Source of the DNA: Candidatus Iainarchaeum sp.
Lineage (GTDB): Archaea > B1Sed10-29 > WALL01
DNA: 64,000 nucleotides
Direction: 5' to 3'
Assembly (NCBI GenBank): GCA_021162685.1
Contig: JAGGYF010000026.1
Span: 21,557-85,556 of the forward strand
Part shown: in pieces, positions 10,406 to 24,829 of the stretch
How the letters are laid out: every line of letters begins with the position of its first letter
Position numbering within the stretch: the first letter of the stretch is position 1
The notes under the pieces: generated by a model
What the model saw: the letters and a program-made list of their open reading frames with translations, nothing else
What the model was told of the DNA's origin: nothing
Database searches by the model: none
Translations under genes and position numbers: made by a program

Positions 10406-11710
10406 TTAAAGTTTACTAAGTGTCATCTGTCCTGGGTGCTTTAACTTCTGTACAACTATCTTTGTTTTTAATTTCTCTGCCTCGCCAACTATCTTCTTTG
10501 CCTTATCTGGAGAACATCCCTTCAGATATTGAACTTCGTCTATGTCAAAGTCAAAAACAGCAGCATATTGTACTGCATATTTATCATCAGAGAACATCTG
10601 TTTCAGGAATGGGATGTAGATAGTTATTGTCTCACTTGTTGATGTGTGGCATTTCTCTCCAAACTTATTCGCAATAGAATCCCTTATCTTTCTCCTTGAT
10701 TTGCTTGCTGACAATTTTTTTATGAATGACGGAAATTGATATGGAACAAAGGTCTTGTATGTCTCCTTTTTTGAGAGGGCAATACCTGCAGTAATTAGAT
10801 CAAGCACGTATCTTAGGAGTGACCAGTTTTGTCTGCGTATAATCCTCGCTCTATATATGTCTGCCCTTGACATGATACTGAATGCTTTGTATAGATCATC
10901 TGGATGCGTGTATTCTCTGGGAATGTTTTCATCAATCCAATTGAGAAACAGCTCTGGGTCTTCCTCAACACTTGAATATACCTTCCTTGCTTCTGAGAAC
11001 TGATTTGTCTTGAAAATCGTTTTCATCGCATTGATTATGTCTTGTTTTCTATCCCTACTACCCAAAACAGTTAAATCCTTTTTTGTAATCCTTTTCTTCC
11101 CTTCTGCAACTGCTTGTAGGTCATTTATAGCTGCTTTTATATCTCCATGTTGTTCTTTTGCTATTTCAACAACAACATCATTATCAAACTCTATCCCTTC
11201 TTTCTTCAATATTGAGGAGAGGATATGGGCGATTGTTTGGTAGTGGACCCTCTTAAATTTTATCGGAATGCATAATGCGCGTATGCTATATATTGGTCTG
11301 GCGTAGAGGTCATTTGCAGTCAGAACAATGGGGCAACTGGCCTCCTTTAGTATATGGGATATCGCAGTTATGCCTCCTCTATCCTGCGAGAACATCCCAT
11401 CAACTTCATCAAATAGTATCATACGTGTTTTTCCAGAAAGCGTAGAGGAACTACTTGCAATACCTGCCCTTCTCTCAATTGCCTCTTTATTCCTTATATC
11501 ACTCGCATTCATCTCAAGTATCTGCCAATCCATTGTTCTTGCTAATGCAATTGCTGTTGCTGTCTTCCCAGTACCTGGTGGCCCATATAAAAGTAGTGGT
11601 TTCTGGCCTGGCTTCCATGTCTTTGCCCATCTCTCTATATCCTTAATTGCAGAGGGGTTTCCAGCTATATCGCTCAAGTGTTTTGGTGCATATTTCTCTG
11701 TCCATTGCAT
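10406..11710 (-). CDS. rfcL: Replication factor C large subunit
   Basis: AAA+ Walker A ([15 protein letters not shown]), Walker B (ILFDEVDGM); 434 aa with a C-terminal extension typical of archaeal RfcL. Confidence 0.85.
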   Translation of the reverse strand: MQWTEKYAPKHLSDIAGNPSAIKDIERWAKTWKPGQKPLLLYGPPGTGKTATAIALARTMDWQILEMNASDIRNKEAIERRAGIASSSSTLSGKTRMILFDEVDGMFSQDRGGITAISHILKEASCPIVLTANDLYARPIYSIRALCIPIKFKRVHYQTIAHILSSILKKEGIEFDNDVVVEIAKEQHGDIKAAINDLQAVAEGKKRITKKDLTVLGSRDRKQDIINAMKTIFKTNQFSEARKVYSSVEEDPELFLNWIDENIPREYTHPDDLYKAFSIMSRADIYRARIIRRQNWSLLRYVLDLITAGIALSKKETYKTFVPYQFPSFIKKLSASKSRRKIRDSIANKFGEKCHTSTSETITIYIPFLKQMFSDDKYAVQYAAVFDFDIDEVQYLKGCSPDKAKKIVGEAEKLKTKIVVQKLKHPGQMTLSKL

Positions 11711-11744
11711 AATAAAAATAAAGGAAGAAGTAGATTAAAAGGGT

Positions 11745-11993
11745 TTACATTTTAAAATACTTCCAAAACCATGGGCATGCTACTGTTCCTACAAGTCCTG
11801 TTACAAAGAGCACTAGTGCCCCAGTATATATGTCAATGTCTGGCATCCTTATGTAGTACAATAGAGACCATAGGAACAGATACCAGAATATTGCGGCTAT
11901 TATATATCCAGCGATTTCTTTTTGTTGCGTTTTCTTCAAGGGAATCACCAAGGATAAAAACCAATATTCATTTATAAATCTTGCGGTTTCCAT
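11745..11993 (-). CDS. Small membrane protein, hypothetical
   Basis: 82 aa, two hydrophobic helices. Confidence 0.35.
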   Translation of the reverse strand: METARFINEYWFLSLVIPLKKTQQKEIAGYIIAAIFWYLFLWSLLYYIRMPDIDIYTGALVLFVTGLVGTVACPWFWKYFKM

Positions 11994-12027
11994 AGATTAT
12001 TTTAACTATAATAATCAAAAAGAACTC

Positions 12028-13191
12028 ATGAAAATTGGTGTTGTTGGTAAACCATCATCAGGAAAATCAACATTTCTAAATGCTGCGTGCTTAACAGAGG
12101 CAGAAGTTGCAGCTTATCCCTTTACAACAATTAAACCCAATCTTGGAACTGCATATGTTAGAACAGAATGCCCCTGCAGTAAGTTCAATGTAAAATGCAA
12201 CCCAAGAAATAGTAAATGTGTAAATGGCATAAGATTTGTGCCTGTTTCTATGATTGATGTTGCTGGACTAGTACCAGGAGCACATGAGGGCAGGGGGATG
12301 GGAAATCAATTTCTAAATGACCTCATAGATGCTGATGTACTTATACATGTTGTTGATGCATCAGGAAGAATTGATGCAGAAGGTAACCCAACAACGGATT
12401 ATGACCCGACAAAAGATATTGAATTTTTGGAAAATGAAATAACGTGGTGGGTATATGGCATTATAAAAAAGAACTGGAAAACATTGCAAAGAAAAGTTGA
12501 GATGAAGGTTTTGAAGATGGGGGATGCTGTCTACAACCAACTAAGTGGGCTGAACATAAAGAGAGAGGATGTGTTGAAGATAGTGCATGAAATAGATTTT
12601 GATTACAAGGCAGGAGACGACAAAATAATGGAACTAGCGGAAAGTATTACTAAAATATGCAAACCAATAGTAATCGCTGCAAACAAGATGGATCTTCCAG
12701 AATCAGAACAAAATCTTGAAAGGATAAAACAGAAAAGTGAGCATGTTATACCTTGTTGCGCAGAAGCAGAACTTGCTCTAAAGAGGGCATCAGAACATGG
12801 TCTTGTGGAGTACATTCCTGGGTCAAGCACATTTAGGATAATAAAGGAACTGGATGATAAACAGAAAAAAGCAATGGAATTCATAAAAAAATACCTGGAG
12901 AGATGGGGGAATACCGGCGTCCAACAGACAATAGAGAAGGCAGTATTTGATGTTCTTGGTATGATCGTAGTGTATCCTGTTGAGGATGAAAACAAATTAA
13001 CGGACAAACAGGGCAACGTACTCCCTGATGCATACCTTATGCCAAAAGGAAGCACTGCATTAGACCTGGCATACAAGATACATACAGACATAGGAGAAAA
13101 ATTCATTGGTGCAATTGATTGCAAAACCCACAAACGCGTTGGTAAGGATTACGAATTAAAAGATGGAGATATAATAAAGATATTGGTGTGA
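12028..13191 (+). CDS. Obg-like GTPase (YchF/Drg-type) with TGS-like C-terminus and an inserted Cys4 cluster
   Basis: G1 motif GKPSSGKST, G2 PFTTI, G3 DVAG; CPCSKF...CNPRNSKC insertion. Confidence 0.75.
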   Translation: MKIGVVGKPSSGKSTFLNAACLTEAEVAAYPFTTIKPNLGTAYVRTECPCSKFNVKCNPRNSKCVNGIRFVPVSMIDVAGLVPGAHEGRGMGNQFLNDLIDADVLIHVVDASGRIDAEGNPTTDYDPTKDIEFLENEITWWVYGIIKKNWKTLQRKVEMKVLKMGDAVYNQLSGLNIKREDVLKIVHEIDFDYKAGDDKIMELAESITKICKPIVIAANKMDLPESEQNLERIKQKSEHVIPCCAEAELALKRASEHGLVEYIPGSSTFRIIKELDDKQKKAMEFIKKYLERWGNTGVQQTIEKAVFDVLGMIVVYPVEDENKLTDKQGNVLPDAYLMPKGSTALDLAYKIHTDIGEKFIGAIDCKTHKRVGKDYELKDGDIIKILV

Positions 13192-13415
13192 GTATGAATT
13201 GGGTTGCAATAGGTATGCTGCTTGTATTTTTGGGCATGATGATTATGATATTCGGCTCAATGTTTGAAGTAACAAAAGAGGAAACAAAGGTTGAAAGAGC
13301 AGGGATAATCATGCTTGGACCAATACCCCTTGTATGGGGGACAGACAAAAGGCTTATTTTACCCCTAATACTTTTTGTAATTATACTTATGGTTTTCTGG
13401 TTTATGATGCGCTAA
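13188..13415 (+). CDS. Small membrane protein, hypothetical
   Basis: 75 aa, two TM helices; start overlaps the GTPase stop. Confidence 0.4.
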   Translation: MSMNWVAIGMLLVFLGMMIMIFGSMFEVTKEETKVERAGIIMLGPIPLVWGTDKRLILPLILFVIILMVFWFMMR

Positions 13416-13697
13416 TCAATCAAACTCAAACTCCTCTAATGGCTTATCCTCTTCCTTCTCCTCTGTTTTTTCTGGCTTCTCCTCCTTTACTTCCTCTCCA
13501 GCAATCTCCTCGCTTGATTCCTTCTCAACTACTTTCTCCAATGCTTCAAGCTCCTTTTTCTTCCTCTGTATCCTCAAAAGTGCATAGAAATAAGCATTCA
13601 TAATAGTATCAAGGCCCATCTGCCTTTTTTCATGGCTTTTTGAGACCTCTCGCAAATATAATTCAACAAGTTTATAAGCAATCTCGTCTGGGTCCAT
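13416..13697 (-). CDS. Small acidic protein, hypothetical
   Basis: 93 aa; strongly acidic E/K-rich C-terminal tail. Confidence 0.4.
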   Translation of the reverse strand: MDPDEIAYKLVELYLREVSKSHEKRQMGLDTIMNAYFYALLRIQRKKKELEALEKVVEKESSEEIAGEEVKEEKPEKTEEKEEDKPLEEFEFD

Positions 13698-13740
13698 CTC
13701 CTCACCTATCCATATGACACATCAATAACTTATAAACCTT

Positions 13741-14454
13741 ATGCATATAACATATATGATGATTGGTATTGCAACAAAAACCCCGGAAAGAGGCTACGAG
13801 CTTCTTGAGCTGCAATTTGAAAAGAGTGTAGATATGAATAGTGTGGAGGCTGAAAAGATAAGGGATACATTTGAGTGTAAGATAAATGTGCATGCTCCAT
13901 ATTATGGAACACTTGCAACAGAAAAGGAGCAAAAGGTGAGGGATGCAATATACAGGATAAAGGAGGCAATACAAATTGCAAGGATTCTTCGTTCTGACAT
14001 TGTTGTTGTGCATGCAGGATTCTACGCAAAAAAAAATCCGGATGAAGTATTTAGTATAGTTGAGAGGAATTGTAAGGAGATAACGCGCAACATTGGGAGG
14101 ATTAAGATAGGGATTGAGACAATGCCAAGACAATCGCAATTTGGAACAATTGATGAGATCATGAAACTATCAAAAAGGGTGAAACATATCATTCCTGTAA
14201 TAAACATAGGCCATTCCTATATAAGGGATGGTCCAGAAAAAACGATTGCTGCACTCACGAAAATTGACCGCCCATACTGCCATATATCTGGTATAACTGC
14301 TGAGAGAGGGGTTATAAGATACACATCATTAGATAGAGGGATGTTTGATTACAAGGACTTATTTGAGCGCGTGGATATGAACAAAACAACGATTGTGTGT
14401 GATGGCCCAGAAGCAAAAAGGGACTACAAGATGATTAAAAGGTTGGTAGCATGA
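13741..14454 (+). CDS. Xylose-isomerase-like TIM-barrel protein (AP endonuclease 2 / sugar phosphate isomerase superfamily)
   Basis: 237 aa; VVVHAGFY ... IGIETMP pattern typical of this fold. Confidence 0.5.
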   Translation: MHITYMMIGIATKTPERGYELLELQFEKSVDMNSVEAEKIRDTFECKINVHAPYYGTLATEKEQKVRDAIYRIKEAIQIARILRSDIVVVHAGFYAKKNPDEVFSIVERNCKEITRNIGRIKIGIETMPRQSQFGTIDEIMKLSKRVKHIIPVINIGHSYIRDGPEKTIAALTKIDRPYCHISGITAERGVIRYTSLDRGMFDYKDLFERVDMNKTTIVCDGPEAKRDYKMIKRLVA

Positions 14455-15305
14455 GAATTGGACTAGATATTGGTGCGACTAACATAAAGGGAGTCTTAGT
14501 AAAAAACAGAAAGATTATAAAAAAGATAATATTGCAAACAAAAACTGAGCAAGGGAAGAATATAATTATCAAGCAGATATTAGATGCTCTGCATTTGCTC
14601 TACAACAGAAACGTTGACTTTATTGGTATAGGTGCAGCTGGTGTGGTAAAAAACGGGACAATTGTTTATTCAGCAAACATGAGCAGGTATGGGTGGAAAA
14701 ACATAAACCTAGAGAGTATTGTGAAAAACGAATTCAGAACAAAAACCACTGTAATAAATGACGGCCAATCTGCTGCATGGGGTGAGTTTGTCATAAGAGA
14801 GAAAAGAGAGGGAACGTTGGTCTGTTTAACAATCGGAACAGGGATTGGAGGAGGCATTGTAATAAATGGAAAACTTATAAACGGAACAGCAGGTGAATTT
14901 GGCCATATGACTATTGATGTAAATGGAAGGAAATGTACATGTGGAAACAAAGGTTGTCTTGAAGAATATGTATCAGACAGAGCCATAAGAAGGATTGCAA
15001 GGAGTTATGGGCTGGAAGCAACAACAAAAGAAATAATAAACGCTGCGAAAAAAGGAAATCAAAAAGCGATAAGGACTTTTGAGGTTGCTGGAAAATATTT
15101 GGGTATCGGTCTATCTAATATTGTAAACATACTTGACCCCGATATAATAGTCATTGGGGGAGGAATAAGCAAGGCTGGAAGATTCCTACTTGCGCCAGCA
15201 AAAAGAGAGATGAAAAAGAGAGTGATGCCAATGAATAGGTCCGTGAAAATTGAAAAAACTAGACTTGGGGTTTTCTCATCTGCCTATGGAGCAGCAATGC
15301 TCTAA
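14451..15305 (+). CDS. ROK-family sugar kinase (glucokinase-like)
   Basis: N-terminal GLDIGATN ATP-binding motif; ROK zinc motif CTCGNKGCLEEY; 284 aa. Confidence 0.8.
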   Translation: MRIGLDIGATNIKGVLVKNRKIIKKIILQTKTEQGKNIIIKQILDALHLLYNRNVDFIGIGAAGVVKNGTIVYSANMSRYGWKNINLESIVKNEFRTKTTVINDGQSAAWGEFVIREKREGTLVCLTIGTGIGGGIVINGKLINGTAGEFGHMTIDVNGRKCTCGNKGCLEEYVSDRAIRRIARSYGLEATTKEIINAAKKGNQKAIRTFEVAGKYLGIGLSNIVNILDPDIIVIGGGISKAGRFLLAPAKREMKKRVMPMNRSVKIEKTRLGVFSSAYGAAML

Positions 15306-15523
15306 ACTGTCTCCATTTTAAAGAGTACTTTGTCTCCTTTTAATGTCTTTTGGATGAGGTTTCCCAGAGCAAGGATATCATCCACTGTTGGGTTTTTGTC
15401 CCAGATATATTCAAGATCATGGCTACCTGTCATAGATACAAATCCTATTTCTCTAAGTTTCTTCTCCACCTCAATAGGGCTTGTGCCATCACTACTAAAC
15501 CATAGGGTTAGATATGTTCTCAT
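15302..15523 (-). CDS. Small hypothetical protein
   Basis: 73 aa ORF with 4-nt overlaps to both neighbours. Confidence 0.35.
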   Translation of the reverse strand: MRTYLTLWFSSDGTSPIEVEKKLREIGFVSMTGSHDLEYIWDKNPTVDDILALGNLIQKTLKGDKVLFKMETV

Positions 15524-16374
15524 TCCTCACCACCATATGTCTGTATAATCATGAGTTCCTCTGTTGTTAGTTTCTTGCCTTTTTTGAATTCTTCCATAAG
15601 TTTCTTGGCCTTTTCCTTCATGCTTTCTTCTATTTTCTTCATCTTCTTTCTTTCCTCTGCTTTCCTCTCAATAGCTTTCGCTTCTTCTGCACCTTTTATT
15701 TTTACTAATTCCTCAACATAAAGTTTATGAGCCTTTTCTGCCTCTTCTTTTGCTTTCTTTATCTTTTCACTTATCTCTTTAAACCTTGGCTCAAGATTTT
15801 TTATTTTCTTGTATAATTCAGATATCTTCTGGTGATGCTCTTCGCTTTTCTTCGCATGTTGTAACATAACCTCATGGAATGCTCTTGCCTCATTCCTCAT
15901 CTCGTCAAGTTTTCCAAGTAATTTCCTCTTCTGTTTTTGCTTCTCTATCAATTGTTCTGACATCTTTATCTGTTCTTCAAGTCTTGCTATTTCCTTTGCA
16001 ATTCTCTCCTCTGTCTTTACATCTAACACTTCTGTCTGAACCTTCCACTCAAGTCGCTCCAACTCTTTTTTTGTTTTGGCGATTGGTTTGTCAAGTTTTG
16101 ACTTAAGCTCTTCAATCTGTGCATCAAGTGCTCTTAACTTCTCAACCTCTTCCTTTATCCTCTTGTTCACCTCATCCCTTTTTGCCTTAAATTCCTTGAC
16201 AAGCTCATTTTCCTTGTCTCTAAGCTTCTTCTCCTCTTTCATCTGCTGCCTGAGCTTCTTAATCCGCCTTGTCTCCTCTCTGCTCTCCGCTATCAATTTC
16301 TTTGTTTCAAGATTGAGTTTGTTTCTTTCCTCTCTTAGTTTTTCTAATGCCATGGTCTCATCCAAAAGGAGCAT
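15520..16374 (-). CDS. Archaeal coiled-coil protein (COG1340-like), K/E-rich
   Basis: About 280 aa of heptad-like K/E-rich sequence and a short conserved C-terminal tail (KKLTTEELMIIQTYGG). Confidence 0.55.
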   Translation of the reverse strand: MLLLDETMALEKLREERNKLNLETKKLIAESREETRRIKKLRQQMKEEKKLRDKENELVKEFKAKRDEVNKRIKEEVEKLRALDAQIEELKSKLDKPIAKTKKELERLEWKVQTEVLDVKTEERIAKEIARLEEQIKMSEQLIEKQKQKRKLLGKLDEMRNEARAFHEVMLQHAKKSEEHHQKISELYKKIKNLEPRFKEISEKIKKAKEEAEKAHKLYVEELVKIKGAEEAKAIERKAEERKKMKKIEESMKEKAKKLMEEFKKGKKLTTEELMIIQTYGGEE

Positions 16375-16475
16375 GTGCTCATTTCATTGCTGCCTTTATT
16401 ATATGTCTTCCATTTAAAAAGGGTTGCTGTAATGATTTAAATATAAGGAGTGCACATAACCTATTGGGGAGAGGA

Positions 16476-17006
16476 ATGAAAAAGGGATTTGTAACATTTC
16501 TGCTTGTTCTGGCATTTTTGCCAACTGCTATTGAGATCCTTACAATCCAGAGCAGGGTAGCATCTTATATCAGCGACATCAATGAGCTTGCTATTGAACA
16601 GCAATCTGTCACAAATCTTGAATATGATTTCTATGACTCGTTCTGGATGACCGCACGATATTCGTCCAAAAAGACAATAGATAGTGGACCAATAGAGAGG
16701 AAGATTGTTTTGGTTAAAGACCTTAAACTATGGAAGAAAAATCTAGAAGAGATGCATAGCACGAGAGGAGCATCAACACACGTATGGATAGATGAGATAT
16801 CACTCAACATAAAGGATGAGATTAACAAGACACATGACTCCTTTTCAAAAAGGATATATGATTACATTCACTTCCCATCAAAGAGATATGTTTCTGTCCA
16901 TGAATCGGATACAGGGAATAGACATGCTGTTATTGGTGCAACAATAAAGAAAGGTAAAACAACTTCTGTGTATATCATACCAGGAGGTGACTACATTGAA
17001 ATATAA
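16476..17006 (+). CDS. Membrane-anchored hypothetical protein at the head of a pilin cluster
   Basis: Start trimmed to MKKGFVTFLLVLAFL (N-terminal TM); co-directional with the three pilin genes downstream. Confidence 0.4.
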   Translation: MKKGFVTFLLVLAFLPTAIEILTIQSRVASYISDINELAIEQQSVTNLEYDFYDSFWMTARYSSKKTIDSGPIERKIVLVKDLKLWKKNLEEMHSTRGASTHVWIDEISLNIKDEINKTHDSFSKRIYDYIHFPSKRYVSVHESDTGNRHAVIGATIKKGKTTSVYIIPGGDYIEI

Positions 17007-17241
17007 AGGCCAGATAACAATGGAAGCAATTATCGCAATTGCTGTTGTGGTTGCTTTGGTATATGTGTTACTTTTTGCTCAAACAAACATGTTTAGCACA
17101 ATAAAGGAGAAAAACCTCAATGAGAAATTTTCCAGGATTGAAATGAATAGCGCAGACATCGTTATTGAGACATATGGAGAGAACAGACATATTGATGTGA
17201 AGTGCAAATCTTGTGTTTCGTATAGGAGATGGTTCATATGA
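16987..17241 (+). CDS. Archaeal type IV pilin-like protein (class III signal peptide)
   Basis: N-terminus KYKG|QITMEAIIAIAVVVALV: K-G, Q at +1, acidic residue at +5, hydrophobic stretch (DUF361-like). Confidence 0.55.
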   Translation: MTTLKYKGQITMEAIIAIAVVVALVYVLLFAQTNMFSTIKEKNLNEKFSRIEMNSADIVIETYGENRHIDVKCKSCVSYRRWFI

Positions 17242-17636
17242 AGGGCCAGATAAACATGATGGATGCCTCTTTATCATTCATCATAATGGTAATAATCATA
17301 ATCTCCTCTCTCATATACATGTCCACAACGCTATCCTCCATCAACCAACATTTGGCTTCTGTTGAGAAGCAGAGGTACCTGATATTTCAAAGTGATAGGT
17401 TGATTAATGACCCAAACATGCTTGCAATGTATGAAGGAAATGGTATGAAACCGCACACAATTGACATTGATAAGGTCAAAAACCTGCCAGAACAGATATG
17501 CGTGAGCATCACAACACTCAGAGGAAGAACATTGATTGAAAAGACATGTGATGACAAAGACATATACATAAAGCGCCTTGTATTCGTACATAATAAGGGG
17601 AAGATAGAGGAGGGAATACTATATGTATGGACATAG
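17229..17636 (+). CDS. Archaeal type IV pilin-like protein (class III signal peptide)
   Basis: MVHMKG|QINMMDASLSFIIMVIII. Confidence 0.5.
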   Translation: MVHMKGQINMMDASLSFIIMVIIIISSLIYMSTTLSSINQHLASVEKQRYLIFQSDRLINDPNMLAMYEGNGMKPHTIDIDKVKNLPEQICVSITTLRGRTLIEKTCDDKDIYIKRLVFVHNKGKIEEGILYVWT

Positions 17637-17988
17637 AGCGATTGTTTTCACAATGGAGGCTGCCATCTCCTTGCTGTTGTTTGTACTCATCATCCTTGCA
17701 TTAGGCACCCCATCATTTGAAGACCTCTCAAAAGCAGTTTTATACAAACAGGCAAGTGATGTATTAGAAATCGCACTGAAGAAAGGAGTAATAAGAGATG
17801 GGCAGAATATTGACATAGAGCGCATGAGAGAGCTAATGGAAGCAATGGAGCTAAAAGGAGAAGTCATAATAGATGGCCATGTTACTACAATCAATAACGG
17901 GAAAAATAACATGGATGTGTATATAGAGAGAACACTTGTAACGCCAGAACTTGAATATAAAAGAGTAGTATTACACGCGTGGAGATAG
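17623..17988 (+). CDS. Pilin-like protein (class III signal peptide-like N-terminus)
   Basis: HRA|IVFTMEAAISLLLFVLIILAL. Confidence 0.4.
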   Translation: MYGHRAIVFTMEAAISLLLFVLIILALGTPSFEDLSKAVLYKQASDVLEIALKKGVIRDGQNIDIERMRELMEAMELKGEVIIDGHVTTINNGKNNMDVYIERTLVTPELEYKRVVLHAWR

Positions 17989-18360
17989 GATTACTCTACC
18001 CTCCTTGTTTTCAACTAAGATATTTACGTTCCCTGATAATCTTATCGTGCCTTCTTCTGCATTATAAACCTCTCGTTGATATGTCCTGTTTCCCATAGAG
18101 ACCAAAAGAAGATTGGGTTTTGTAGTTATTGTTATGTTTTCTGTTGTATAGAATGAAACAACTTCGGCGTTATTCTTTCCCATCATATACACCCTTCTCA
18201 TGGTGGATGCCAATCTATCTGCTATTGTCCTTGTGTTTAAGATAGTAATACCATACGTTGCTTTCCTTTGGGTCTCTGAAATAGTACTCAACCAAAAAGA
18301 AAAGAAGGAGAAGAATATGAGCAACACTACCAAGAACTCAAAGCTCGCTTGTCCTCTCAT
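17971..18360 (-). CDS. Archaeal type IV pilin-like protein (class III signal peptide)
   Basis: MRG|QASFEFLVVLLIFF. Confidence 0.55.
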   Translation of the reverse strand: MRGQASFEFLVVLLIFFSFFSFWLSTISETQRKATYGITILNTRTIADRLASTMRRVYMMGKNNAEVVSFYTTENITITTKPNLLLVSMGNRTYQREVYNAEEGTIRLSGNVNILVENKEGRVILSPRV

Positions 18361-18364
18361 GCCA

Positions 18365-18547
18365 CTACATCCCCATCTCTTCTATCTTATCCATAATGCT
18401 CTCTGTCTTCTTGTTTATTGTTTCGTTTCCTTTCTCTGCTGTTGTTTTTAGGTTATTGACCAAAATCAGTGCAACCGCTAAGACCGCTGCAATCACTACG
18501 AGTAGCTCTGCCGATACTTGTGCCTTTTCTTCGTCAAACAATTCCAT
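18365..18547 (-). CDS. Small archaeal pilin-like protein (class III signal peptide)
   Basis: EEKA|QVSAELLVVIAAVLAVALILV; 60 aa. Confidence 0.55.
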   Translation of the reverse strand: MELFDEEKAQVSAELLVVIAAVLAVALILVNNLKTTAEKGNETINKKTESIMDKIEEMGM

Positions 18548-18560
18548 ATCCTCCTCCCCC

Positions 18561-18752
18561 CTACTTAGGTTTTAATGCATTTGTTTGTTTTATCGTGGCT
18601 ATTGAGTTCTTATCAACAGTGGTGCTCGCGCTCTTCGCTGTCTTGTTAAGTGTATGCACAAGAAGAAGAGCAACAGCAATCACTGCTGCAAGAACAATCA
18701 ACAGCTCTGTTGAGGTCTGGGCTCTATTCTCAAATAAAGGATTTGTCTTCAT
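18561..18752 (-). CDS. Small archaeal pilin-like protein (class III signal peptide)
   Basis: ENRA|QTSTELLIVLAAVIAVALLLV; 63 aa. Confidence 0.55.
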   Translation of the reverse strand: MKTNPLFENRAQTSTELLIVLAAVIAVALLLVHTLNKTAKSASTTVDKNSIATIKQTNALKPK

Positions 18753-18786
18753 TCTACCTCTCCCCCATTAGTAATGTATTTATTGT

Positions 18787-19377
18787 TTGAACTATTATAA
18801 ATATGTTATGGATTCACTTGAAGCTATGCATATAATAACATCAGTAATTACTATAAGTCTAGCCTTCTCTGTTGGAGCGCTGTATATTGGGATAAATAGC
18901 TTCATTGCTTCATTCCCTATTGTTCTGTTAACACTTGGAACTGGGTTTGTGCTTCATGAGCTCAGCCATAGGTTTGTTGCCAAGAAATTCGGTTGTTGGG
19001 CTGCTTATAGGGCATGGCTACCTGGACTTGCACTGGCTGTTGGCCTTGCTGTTATGACAGGAGGCAGATTTGTTTTTGCTGCTCCAGGAGCAGTATATAT
19101 AGGAGGAAAACCACTTACAGTAAAAGAGAATGGCATCATATCACTTGCAGGTCCACTTGCAAACATAGCTACTGCAATCTTCTTCCTTTTGATAGCAAAT
19201 AGTCCAAACACAATAATACGAACTATTGGGTACACTGGAGCATACATAAACTTCTTCCTTGCATTTTTCAATATGCTACCGTTTCCACCACTTGATGGGT
19301 CAAAGGTACTGCAGTGGAACACAATTGCGTGGCTTGTTCCTATTGCTATCGCTGGTTTCTTTGTTTACATGGTGTAA
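18787..19377 (+). CDS. M50-family (site-2 protease-like) intramembrane zinc metalloprotease
   Basis: HExxH in a TM helix (VLHELSHRF); polytopic, 196 aa. Confidence 0.65.
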   Translation: MNYYKYVMDSLEAMHIITSVITISLAFSVGALYIGINSFIASFPIVLLTLGTGFVLHELSHRFVAKKFGCWAAYRAWLPGLALAVGLAVMTGGRFVFAAPGAVYIGGKPLTVKENGIISLAGPLANIATAIFFLLIANSPNTIIRTIGYTGAYINFFLAFFNMLPFPPLDGSKVLQWNTIAWLVPIAIAGFFVYMV

Positions 19378-19387
19378 AATGTAAGTA

Positions 19388-23965
<4,578 letters not shown>

Positions 23966-24010
23966 TTGTTTAGCAATTTATGATTATGGGTTTGACTTTT
24001 ATTTAAGAGT

Positions 24011-24493
24011 CTAGTTTGATTTCAGCAATTTAGCGTAATCTTTTAATACATTTAATTCATGCCTTAGAAGGATGTGATTTTCATCATGTTCTGTCCCCCC
24101 AAGAACAATCCTCTCCAACTCATTACTGTTCTGTCTGAGCATTTGTTCTATCTCATCAATTCTATTATGTATGTATTCACTGTCCATATGTCTTAATTCT
24201 TCTCTGATCAAGATCTCCCTAAGGTGATATAACTCTTCTTTCAAGTTTGATAACGAAACAGCTGCAACAGATGCGATAACAACACTCTTTGGATCTACCT
24301 TCTCTCCTGGCTTTGGTATACTATCCATCTGCTCTCTCCATGAGAGGATCTCATTCTCAATCTCCTCCTTCATCCTCCTTATTCTATCCAATGGCTTTCC
24401 CTTATGGTCCTCTTTACAGAGACTTCTTACCTCTCCCCATCTCCTAATTGCTCTATCATTCAATTCAACCAATCCATGGTATGCTTTTGGCAT
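24011..24493 (-). CDS. Hypothetical protein
   Basis: 160 aa; charged, partly helical; no recognisable motif. Confidence 0.45.
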   Translation of the reverse strand: MPKAYHGLVELNDRAIRRWGEVRSLCKEDHKGKPLDRIRRMKEEIENEILSWREQMDSIPKPGEKVDPKSVVIASVAAVSLSNLKEELYHLREILIREELRHMDSEYIHNRIDEIEQMLRQNSNELERIVLGGTEHDENHILLRHELNVLKDYAKLLKSN

Positions 24494-24592
24494 GTATATT
24501 GTTTTGCATGATTTGTTTAAATAATTATTGCCTCGGCATCTCGGAAATCCACATAGTCTGTAGGGTATATATATTAAAGTGATGAAAATAGT

Positions 24593-24790
24593 GTGGTGAT
24601 GGGAATGAAGCTGCTCTTAGGCAAGGACATCAAAAAACTTGACTACCAGGAGTTAGAACTCTACAAGAACGGTTTAATGGAACTCCTTGTGAAAACACGT
24701 GGTAATAAACGATTGATTAAAGAATTGCAGCTGACGCTCACACACCTCCAATATGCCAAGAAAGATGACTTTGGCATAGCATATATTTGA
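24593..24790 (+). CDS. Small hypothetical protein
   Basis: 65 aa ORF in an intergenic gap. Confidence 0.25.
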   Translation: MVMGMKLLLGKDIKKLDYQELELYKNGLMELLVKTRGNKRLIKELQLTLTHLQYAKKDDFGIAYI

Positions 24791-24829
24791 GGGGTTTTAT
24801 CCCCCTCTTCATATTCACCTTTTTATTTT

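Noticed and set aside
15520-16374. Coiled-coil K/E-rich 284-aa protein as a possible SMC-like or novel cytoskeletal element
   Set aside because: Resembles a widespread archaeal coiled-coil family of unknown function (COG1340-like). Nothing in the sequence points to a specific novel role.
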